Virus record (IMG/VR): IMGVR_UViG_3300046373_000059
Coordinates: 960 to 64,959 of that record
Strand: one strand, 5' to 3'
Length of the DNA: 64,000 bases
Source of the DNA: a virus
Taxonomy: Duplodnaviria > Caudoviricetes
Shown: positions 8,401 to 15,415 of the stretch, one piece after another
How positions within the stretch are numbered: the first letter of the stretch is position 1
Layout of the letters: every line of letters begins with the position of its first letter
Notes under the pieces: model-generated
Databases searched by the model: none
What the model was told of the DNA's origin: nothing
What the model saw: only the letters and a program-made list of their open reading frames with translations
Translations under genes and position numbers: made by a program

Positions 8401-11400
8401 TTGCGAGGATTGCCGTAGGGATCGGCGCCGGTAATCAGCTCGATCTTCAGGCCGGTCTTCTTGATTTCCTGGTACTGCGCCAGCGTTTCTTTAATCATGG
8501 CGTCATACGATGCCTTGACCTTCGGATCGCTTGGCGCATGCTCCATCGAATCGAACGCGGCGGCTATGGCCTTGGCGCGTTGCGGATCGACCTTCACATA
8601 GTCGCGCTGCACAGGCGCAGTGATGCCAGCCGCTTTGCGGTAGCGCTCGGCTGCTTCCTTGGCCGGTGCGAACGGGCCGAAGGTTACTGGCTTGCCATCG
8701 ACGACGACGGAGGATTGGAGTCCACGGAGCGGGATAGCGCGATTACCTTGCCCTGGTGTTGCATCCAGTAATTCAGGCTTTCCTGAAACTCCGTTTGGCT
8801 CTTGAACTTTTCGCGCAAGGGTTTGCTTTCCTCCAGCTTCTGCACGTACTGTTCCTGCGTTTGCTTTGCCATCATATACACCTTTATCTCGATTGCTGTT
8901 GTACTCGCCCCAGGCTTTTGCAATGGCTTCCTGCACGGCAGCGCGGTCGCTTACCATGCGGTCGATGTCGAAGTGCGAACCGGCTGCCACGCGGATGGCC
9001 TTGGTCAGCATCTGCATTACCTTGTACGCCACCTTGCGGAACAGGCTTTCGTCGTGCTCGGCCATCTTCTGCCAGAACTTCGGATCGACCGCGACGGCGC
9101 CGCCGATGTCGGCCATCACTTCATTGAAGCCTTGTTGCAGGCCGATCTGGTTCCCGGCTGGAGCACGAGAATTCTCATACTCCATACGGCTTTCCACAAG
9201 GCCCGGCTTCATGTACTGCACGACGAAATCTTCCAGCTTGGACGCCAGCTTCTTGTCAGTCATTTGCAGGATGTGCGATACCTCGTGGAACGTGATGGGG
9301 ATCAACGGGGATTTCTCGCCGGTCGCCACATACACGTCGCCCTTGAATGCGACGCCGTGGAAAACATCGTTGTCGGTCACGTAGGTGAGGCGCGTGCCGA
9401 ATGCCTTGTCGGCCACGGCCTGCACGATGCGCTGCTCAGGCGTGACATTGCGCACCACGCTGATCTTGACGCCTTCGCTTTCCATGGCCTTGTTCAATTC
9501 GCTGATGCGGTTGTCGTCGGCCACGCGGGACAGCGCGGTTTCCGGCGCCGCCTTCGGTGCCAAGGTGAAGCCGCCCTTTGGGCTTGGCACGGCCTCGACA
9601 TCCAGCTTATTGTCGGCGGCGAACTGCTGTGCAGCGGCTTGGTCGGCAAACGCGCCGGTCGCCTGCACGGCCAGTTCCTTCGGCATTACCTTTGCGTCCT
9701 GGGCCTGGGCCACGGCGGGCGATGCTGGCGCTGCTGCCGTAGCGGCGGCCTGCGTCGATGCGAATGGCTGCGTGGTTTCGCCGTTCTTCAGCCAGTCCTT
9801 CAGGCCGTCAACGGTCGTTTCGCTGATGTTCTCGCCGCCCTTCCAGCCGGGCTGGTAGTTGTCGTAATAGGCAGCCTTCGCTTCTTCCAGCGTGTTGAAG
9901 CCCAGCATGACCTTGTGCTCGTCGAACTTCCCATCAGGGCTGGCCTGATCCACGACAAACGCCTTGGGGCTGTTGACGGCAGGGCCGACGAAGGTATCGA
10001 CGCCAGCCGCGTCCGCGCCCTTGGTGCCCTTGATGTAGCCGTAGTGCTCGGTCATCAGGGTACTCCATGGGGTCTGGTCTTCGGACACGCCGCTACGCAC
10101 CGAACCCTGTGGATTTTCCACCTTGACGGTCAAGCCTTGGAAGTCTGCTTCGCCCAGCTTGGCGTTGTTCGCAGCTTGCTGCGCTGGCGTGGACAGGCGG
10201 CGCTCGTTCAGCGCGGAGTCGGCAGCATCATGCGCAGCCAAGTCGAATGGCGATTCCATGCGCAGGCTGGCAGGGTTCGTCGGGTTGATCTTGGCCGCGC
10301 CGAGATTCGTTGCCTGGACGACGGTGCCATCGGGGCGCGTGACTTCTACAGGCGCAGCGGCAGCCGCAGCTTCCAGCGGTGCAGCGGCGGCTGCTTCGGT
10401 ATTGGCAATAGGTGCCTGTGGCGCGAGGCGTGCAGCGGCCTCAATCGGGCCAGCAGGCGGCGCCAGTGGCGCAGCTACATTACCGGCGAGGTCGGCACGT
10501 CCAGCGTCAGCAGGATTGCCAGATACTCGATCTGGCTGTTGCGCGGTTCCGGCAGGCTGTCCTTCGACCACAGGCTGATTTCGTCCGGTGTCGCCAGTCC
10601 CGCTTCCACCAGCTCCAGCATCTGCAACGACGTTAGCGGGTTGTACAGCGGAACCCACGACAGGCTTCGCTGCACCAGATGGCTGTCCATTATCAGACTC
10701 AGTTCCTCGTCCTGGTTTTCCATTATCAGCCTCGACTGGTGTAACAGCGAAGGAGCCGCCGACAGTCGGATGTGGCGTGACTTCAAACGGCGTGCCGGTT
10801 TCCGTTGTCATGCGGTTTGCGCGGGCCTGGGCGGCTTCCATCGTCTTGATGGGAACCGATACCCCAGGCTGCTCTGGCGCTGCCTTGGCGGCTGCGCTCG
10901 TGATTGGGCCTTGGATGTTTGCGCCGCCGCCCATGACGCCACCAGCCAGCGCGCCCTGAGCTGCGGCATTCGCTGCGCCCTGGTTCCACTGCTGGCCGGT
11001 TGCGAGATTCTGTGCCACCTGTTCCTGATACGATTGCGGTGCTTCTTCCAGGATGCCTTCGCTCAATGCGCCCTCGCCAACACGGCGCAGCAAGCCCTTG
11101 GTCGTGGCCTGATGGCCGCCAGCCAGCATCGTGTCGATGTCGTGGATGCCCAGCTTCTGCGCGATCTTGCCGCCGACGACATTCAGGCCGCCAGTAATCG
11201 CGCCGGATGTGGCGGCGATGCCAGCCTGTTCCGGCGTCAACAGGCCATTCGCCGTGGATTGGCGTACCTGCTCTGCCGTCTGACCAGCGGATACAGCGCC
11301 CTCGCCCAGCGCGCCAGCCAGGACGGGGCTGATCGCGGCGGCGCCACGGGCCACACGGCCAATCGCGCCGCCCAGGCCCATGGATGGCAGGGACTCGACT

Positions 11401-11777
11401 GCGCTGTTGACGATGGTGGATGGATTCTGCGCGGCGGCAACGACGGTAGGGACGAAGCCTTCAGCGGTGTTGACCTTCTCCTGGGCAGCCTTGTACTCAG
11501 GCGAATAGTAATCCGCCATGATGTTCTTGGTTTCCTTGGTCTGGATGCCAGCCTGTTCGGCCAGCTTGCCGACAGCGCCGCCAGAAGGGATGTCCGCCAA
11601 GCCGATGATGGCTTCAGGCACGCCGACGATACCACGGGCCAAGGACAGTCCCACGTCGGATGCCATGCGCTTGATGGGCGATGCTGGCTTTGGAATGGCA
11701 GAAGCGAAAACGCCCATGTCGTCCTGCTTCTGCGGGACTGTGGACGCGAACGCGCCCAGCTCTTTATCGTTATCCAT
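5496..11777 (-). CDS. Large polyvalent internal virion/ejection protein: InPase domain, HExxH metallopeptidase, HDxxGH domain, LPD38-like C-terminus
   Basis: 2093 aa; VENPQGSVRSG..HYGYIKGTKGAD..FDEHKVMLGF (about 9800-10150); HEVSH at 9273-9287; HDYFGH at 8211-8228; IRIPKPFEVG/NDPFRNRAIE near the C-terminus. Confidence 0.85.
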   Translation of the reverse strand: MDNDKELGAFASTVPQKQDDMGVFASAIPKPASPIKRMASDVGLSLARGIVGVPEAIIGLADIPSGGAVGKLAEQAGIQTKETKNIMADYYSPEYKAAQEKVNTAEGFVPTVVAAAQNPSTIVNSAVESLPSMGLGGAIGRVARGAAAISPVLAGALGEGAVSAGQTAEQVRQSTANGLLTPEQAGIAATSGAITGGLNVVGGKIAQKLGIHDIDTMLAGGHQATTKGLLRRVGEGALSEGILEEAPQSYQEQVAQNLATGQQWNQGAANAAAQGALAGGVMGGGANIQGPITSAAAKAAPEQPGVSVPIKTMEAAQARANRMTTETGTPFEVTPHPTVGGSFAVTPVEADNGKPGRGTESDNGQPSGAAKPVVGSAVQPANVVADAGAGGSGTGDTGRNQPVVEGQPAGTAQQPDRVSGNPADAGRADLAGNVAAPLAPPAGPIEAAARLAPQAPIANTEAAAAAPLEAAAAAAPVEVTRPDGTVVQATNLGAAKINPTNPASLRMESPFDLAAHDAADSALNERRLSTPAQQAANNAKLGEADFQGLTVKVENPQGSVRSGVSEDQTPWSTLMTEHYGYIKGTKGADAAGVDTFVGPAVNSPKAFVVDQASPDGKFDEHKVMLGFNTLEEAKAAYYDNYQPGWKGGENISETTVDGLKDWLKNGETTQPFASTQAAATAAAPASPAVAQAQDAKVMPKELAVQATGAFADQAAAQQFAADNKLDVEAVPSPKGGFTLAPKAAPETALSRVADDNRISELNKAMESEGVKISVVRNVTPEQRIVQAVADKAFGTRLTYVTDNDVFHGVAFKGDVYVATGEKSPLIPITFHEVSHILQMTDKKLASKLEDFVVQYMKPGLVESRMEYENSRAPAGNQIGLQQGFNEVMADIGGAVAVDPKFWQKMAEHDESLFRKVAYKVMQMLTKAIRVAAGSHFDIDRMVSDRAAVQEAIAKAWGEYNSNRDKGVYDGKANAGTVRAEAGGKQTLARKVQEPNGVSGKPELLDATPGQGNRAIPLRGLQSSVVVDGKPVTFGPFAPAKEAAERYRKAAGITAPVQRDYVKVDPQRAKAIAAAFDSMEHAPSDPKVKASYDAMIKETLAQYQEIKKTGLKIELITGADPYGNPRNAILDVVNNNHLWVYPTTSGFGGTESANVDISGNPLLAPVDEKIGDHQLVANDVFRIVHDYFGHIKEGVGFRAEGEENAWQQHASMYSDLARPAMTTETRGQNSWVNFGPFAEFNKTANGADTQYAPQKVGLMPEWTSTNEKPDLAFSRTPPDWLSQVPGMTPQIAQKVGLWVPEKTIGERFTEMKQDLGKKLVQGIVDQFAPIKALDMKAYMQARLSKSADGGLEAMLNYGKLSLDADGAIKVDNTGGFIDTMKQLGGEQDRFFSWVAGNRAAELKTEGKENLFTDTDISALKSLNQGTTADGKNRTALYTKVLKDLNGFSKSILDIAEKSGMIDGAERHKWEKDFYVPFYRVLEDDGKAVGPRNLAGLTNQYAFKKLKGGKDNLNDLMQNTVLNWSHLLSASLKNQAAATTLDAAQKLGVAHNVTSSTKGSVFVLKNGKEMHYVVDDPFIADAVSSLAFSGMKGGVIDIATKAKRMLSFGVTFGPTYKIRNIIRDQLQAIAANPMSLNVAKNLADGIKYSSKDNPMYAQMLAGGGLFRMGSAYEENRAAHLKNLIGTLPAGSIMDTPSKIKGMLNKAYDGWMELGDRGETITRAAIYTQMIANGASHLEASYNTRDSMDFGLQGAWPAVRLLTQTVPFMNARLQGLYKLGRAMQDDPRRFATVLGATTIATIALMLANRDDDDWKRREEWDRDNFWWFKTGGHAIRIPKPFEVGAMATIAERGLDMILDGMDAKARDRFATRLYHIVMDNLSMNPVPQLVKPAVDLYANNDPFRNRAIETPGMEKLSKSERIGGNTTAMAIMLGKAGVLSPVQIDYMIAGYFGWLGSHIAMAADTPLRPAMNLPEKAEKKVDEAFFVGDWVKELPANQSRYVEEFYKQAVQVREAQADVLHYKKLGNLEKAKELLADNKELVMQAPKFRMASASISKINLRIQQVQASSKMDASQKRTEVDRLSAMRNKIAERVMK
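8684..8872 (-). CDS. Nested out-of-frame gene B (62-63 aa, MAKQTQEQYVQKLEE...) inside the polyvalent protein gene
   Basis: AAAGGTG before ATGATG; third-position GC bias moves from the host frame to this frame. Confidence 0.6.
   Translation of the reverse strand: MAKQTQEQYVQKLEESKPLREKFKSQTEFQESLNYWMQHQGKVIALSRSVDSNPPSSSMASQ
10475..10723 (-). CDS. Nested out-of-frame gene A (82 aa, MENQDEELSLIM...) inside the polyvalent protein gene
   Basis: GAGG-6 nt-ATG; CTG/GTG/GAC/AGC/CCG codons in this frame while the host frame turns A/T-ending. Confidence 0.65.
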   Translation of the reverse strand: MENQDEELSLIMDSHLVQRSLSWVPLYNPLTSLQMLELVEAGLATPDEISLWSKDSLPEPRNSQIEYLAILLTLDVPTSPVM

Positions 11778-11786
11778 GACCAGCCC

Positions 11787-13268
11787 TTATTTGATTGGCG
11801 CGTATCCCATACCCGTAAGGATACCATTGACGGCCTCCTTATTAGCGCCAGCCTTGATGGCGTTCTGCGCCTGCTGCGTAGCGACTTCCATGGTGGGCTT
11901 GCCCTGCGGTGCCTGGGTAATGGGCGTGCCGTCAGCGCGGAATGCGCGCTTGACCACTTTCGAGTTGCCCATTTCATCCTGCACGACTTCATCGGAAAAG
12001 ATGACGTTGTTCTTGAGCGCTTCGTTTTTCTGCTTCACGTCCTGATCGACTGCGTAGCGGGAAGCGCCAGCGCCGATACCGGCCACGCCAAGGCGGCCTG
12101 CATTCTCGGCGGCGATTTCGGCCAGCTTCGATTGCGTCTTCGCTTGCTCAGGGTTCGCAGCATTGATGTCAGCCTGGGCCTGGGCTGCCTGATACGCGCC
12201 AGTCTTTCCAGCTTCGTATGCAGCCAGCGGGATTTCGCGCATCGGGCCGCCGTTGACGCCTGGGATGGCGACGGTTTGATCCAGGCCACGGATGATCTGG
12301 ACGGTGCCATCCTGGCCCGGCTGCGCTGCTTGAGCAATCGAGGAACGGGCAGCAGGCTGCGCGGATGGGGCCGCCACGGCGCGAACGCGAGCGCCCGGCT
12401 GTGCTGGTGCCTGTGCTGGCTGCGACGCCGTGGCGGGCGCTGTAGCCGCTGCGGCAGGGGCAACTGGATTCGGGATGCTTTGCGCGCCAAGCTGGGCAAT
12501 GCGCGATTGCGCGTCAGGCGTCAGCCGTGCTGGCTGGTAGCCTGCTGCTGGCGCTGCTGCCGCGTTGCGATCCTGGACTTGCTGCACTGGAGACTTGTCG
12601 CCAAGGCCCAGCATCGAGCGCAGCTTATTCACTGCCGCATCGCCAGCCAGATAGCCGCCAATGCCGCCCACCACGCCGCCCACAGGAACAGTGACTGGAG
12701 CGGCGGGGCCGCCAAGCGCTCCCAGGCTTGCGCCCAATGCAGCGCCGCCAGCGCCAGCGCCCCAGCGCGATGCGCCTTCGACTGCCTGCTGCGCTACCTG
12801 GGATTTCGTCGTGTTCGGATCGACTGCCACCTGGAGCACGCGACCGCCCTCGATTACAGGGGCAACAAATGGCGCGACCTTCGAGGCAAGGCCGCCGATG
12901 CTGGATGCGGCGCCGGTCGTCAGTCGGCTGAATGTGCTGCCAGCTTTCTGTGCCGCAGCCTGGATGGGCGATGCTGCTGCCTCGGCTGCCGCTGGCGCTG
13001 CTGCTGGAGCTGCCGCCGCCGCGATTGGCGAAGCGCCGCCGCGCACAGGGTTCGGCGTCAGGCCGCGCTCTTGCTGGTAGTTCGCCGCTTCAGCCGACAG
13101 CAGGCCGCCCTGCACGTTGGGATTCGAGTATGGCACGCTGCCGATGCGCTGCTCGTATGGACGGCTGATGTCCACATTGCGCGGCTGGACAGCGGCTGCC
13201 GGTGGATTCACTGGCGCATTGACATAGCGCTTGGATTCCTTGGCGATTTCGTCGATTTCGTTTGCCAT
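11787..13268 (-). CDS. Internal virion/DNA ejection protein with glycine-zipper membrane segment
   Basis: Ala/Gln/Pro-rich; GAGAGGAALGASLGALGG...GGVVGGIGGYLAG; lies just before the giant ejection gene. Confidence 0.7.
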   Translation of the reverse strand: MANEIDEIAKESKRYVNAPVNPPAAAVQPRNVDISRPYEQRIGSVPYSNPNVQGGLLSAEAANYQQERGLTPNPVRGGASPIAAAAAPAAAPAAAEAAASPIQAAAQKAGSTFSRLTTGAASSIGGLASKVAPFVAPVIEGGRVLQVAVDPNTTKSQVAQQAVEGASRWGAGAGGAALGASLGALGGPAAPVTVPVGGVVGGIGGYLAGDAAVNKLRSMLGLGDKSPVQQVQDRNAAAAPAAGYQPARLTPDAQSRIAQLGAQSIPNPVAPAAAATAPATASQPAQAPAQPGARVRAVAAPSAQPAARSSIAQAAQPGQDGTVQIIRGLDQTVAIPGVNGGPMREIPLAAYEAGKTGAYQAAQAQADINAANPEQAKTQSKLAEIAAENAGRLGVAGIGAGASRYAVDQDVKQKNEALKNNVIFSDEVVQDEMGNSKVVKRAFRADGTPITQAPQGKPTMEVATQQAQNAIKAGANKEAVNGILTGMGYAPIK

Positions 13269-13274
13269 GATGTC

Positions 13275-15407
13275 TTATCCCTTGTGACGATAAACGGTGC
13301 TATTAGTATAACGACGGCTTGTACCCACGCTCGTGGAAGCCGAATTGCTTGCGCGCAACGAGTTCTCGTTCGCGGAGGAATTCGATTCCGTGTTCGATAC
13401 CGACTGCTCAAAGGAATCCGAATGGCTCTGATTGTGCGACATCGACTGCGATTTCGAGATTGATGCTGAAGCGCTATTTGCGGAGCCTGTTGTGCTGCTG
13501 CTGCTGGTGCTAGTGCTGCTGCTGCTGCTGAAGCCAGTGCTTGCCGATACCGACATGCTATTCGATGCGGAGACTCCAGCCGAATTAGACGTGGCTCCAG
13601 TGATGGATGCCGACACATTCCGCGCCGACATCGCAGCGGAAGCCAGTTGCGTCGCCAGTTGCCCGGCTGCCCGCAGTGCTGCTTGCGCTGTCTCCGACTT
13701 CAGTTGCGCGAGGTCGATGTTGATGCTGCCCGACTGGAGTTGCGTGCGTGCCTGAGTCGTATAGATGCGAGTGGTCGTTTCAAGCACGTCAGCCTGTGCC
13801 GAAGAGCGCTGGCCCTGCGTCCGCTCGATTGCTGCATAGGCGTCCACGCGGGCACGGAACACTTCAGCCGTGGCGCCAAGGCGAGCTGCCTCGCCGCTGA
13901 TCTGCGCTTGGTAGCCAGTGATCTTGGCGCGGTAGAGCTGCACGGGGAACTGCTGCAACTGGCGGAACTGGAACTGCGTGTCGGCCAGCTTGGCATCGGT
14001 CAATGCGCGGTACGCTTCCACGCGGGAATTATACGCAAGGACTTGCTCGCTAAACATTTCCACCTTGGTCTGTTCCGCCTGCACTTGGCCCAGGTATCCC
14101 TGCACCTGTGCGCCATTGGCTTTCGCCAGTGCGGAATAGGATTCGACCTGGGCCTTGTACAGTTCTGTACGGTTGCGGTTTGTTTCCACGGTCAGGCTGA
14201 CGGCATCGACGCGGGCGCGGTAGACATCGGCCAGCGCCTTGACGCCATCGACCTGGGCGCTGTACTGCTGCGCCAGTTGCACATTCAGGCCGCCGATGAT
14301 CTTCAGGCTTTCCAGCTCGGCGCGGTAGACATCGAGCGTGGCGAGCACGGATTGCAGCCGGGTCTTGAACACGTCGGCCTTGACGCCAAATGCTTGCACG
14401 TCAGCCGTGTACAGCGCCACGCGGGCGTTGAACAGGTTGACGATTGCATTGATACGGAAAGTCTCGGCGTCCAGCACGCGGGCCTGCACCTGATTGAACA
14501 GCTCGATCAGGCGGCCTTCGAGCTGCATGGCGTTGGCGAAAGCGAAATGGAAGTTGGACTGCTCCAGCTTCGCCTGATCCGTCATCACTTGGCGCGACAG
14601 GTCGGCATCGCTCTTCAGGCCAGACTCGATTGCCTCCTGGACGATGCGTACAAGCTGGCCGCCTGGGATGTTGAAGCCGCGAGCTGCCGTCTGATCGAGC
14701 GCGTTCTGCACTGCTTGGAACGTCAGCATGGCCTCGGCATCGCAGCCCTTCTGCCAGATGGCTTCCTCGATTTCCACTGGCAGCGCCGTCGATACGCCTT
14801 CGACGATTTCCAGCAGGCGCTCGTTAAGCGCAGTCAGGTTTTCGCTCGCGTATTCGGTTTCCGCCCAGGCGAACTGCACGTCGATAGCATCCGGCGCTGT
14901 CGGCGCTTCATCGACAAACAGCGGGATGTCGAAGACAGGCGCTGCCGGGATGTTCAGCGAAGTGAAGGTCGGAACGGCAGGCAGGCTGAAGTCAGGCTCG
15001 ACAGGCGTTGAAACTACCGGCAGGACTGGCACGGATGGGGTCAAGACATCGAACGGGTCAGGCAGCGGCACGTCGATCAGCAGTGGGGCGGCCAGGGTGT
15101 ATTCCGGCGCCTCACCGATGTTCAGCGGCGGCAGCGCTACCTGCGTTGGCTCGCTTGGCAGCGCTGGCTGTGCCGTGGTCAGGTTGCCTGGGTCTGCCGG
15201 TGGCGTGCCGGGCGCAGGCAAGTCGATGGTGGGGATGTCGAAGACAGGGTTATCCAGTGGCGGGATGTCCACGTTGAAACTGCCAAGCGACTGGATCGCG
15301 GCAAGGCCACGCGATGTGGCTTGCTGCGCCATGCTTTGCGACTCGCCCAGCACCGTGGTTACAAGGCCCGATGCAGTGTCGATGATGGGAGGTGGCGTGA
15401 TAGACAT
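13275..15407 (-). CDS. Virion protein, paralog 2 (Pro/acidic N-terminus, coiled coil, Ser-rich tail)
   Basis: Probable start MSITPPP at 15407; collinear similarity with 15416-17734. Confidence 0.75.
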   Translation of the reverse strand: MSITPPPIIDTASGLVTTVLGESQSMAQQATSRGLAAIQSLGSFNVDIPPLDNPVFDIPTIDLPAPGTPPADPGNLTTAQPALPSEPTQVALPPLNIGEAPEYTLAAPLLIDVPLPDPFDVLTPSVPVLPVVSTPVEPDFSLPAVPTFTSLNIPAAPVFDIPLFVDEAPTAPDAIDVQFAWAETEYASENLTALNERLLEIVEGVSTALPVEIEEAIWQKGCDAEAMLTFQAVQNALDQTAARGFNIPGGQLVRIVQEAIESGLKSDADLSRQVMTDQAKLEQSNFHFAFANAMQLEGRLIELFNQVQARVLDAETFRINAIVNLFNARVALYTADVQAFGVKADVFKTRLQSVLATLDVYRAELESLKIIGGLNVQLAQQYSAQVDGVKALADVYRARVDAVSLTVETNRNRTELYKAQVESYSALAKANGAQVQGYLGQVQAEQTKVEMFSEQVLAYNSRVEAYRALTDAKLADTQFQFRQLQQFPVQLYRAKITGYQAQISGEAARLGATAEVFRARVDAYAAIERTQGQRSSAQADVLETTTRIYTTQARTQLQSGSINIDLAQLKSETAQAALRAAGQLATQLASAAMSARNVSASITGATSNSAGVSASNSMSVSASTGFSSSSSTSTSSSSTTGSANSASASISKSQSMSHNQSHSDSFEQSVSNTESNSSANENSLRASNSASTSVGTSRRYTNSTVYRHKG

Positions 15408-15415
15408 GCTGTTTC

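Noticed and set aside
8802-13463. 1553-aa + strand ORF and other long antisense ORFs (6909-8771, 15434-17770, 20992-22689, 26913-28736, 30357-32450, 34707-36380)
   Set aside because: They mirror well-supported minus-strand genes, have unnatural R/H/G-rich composition and no motifs; this is the expected shadow of GC-rich codon bias.
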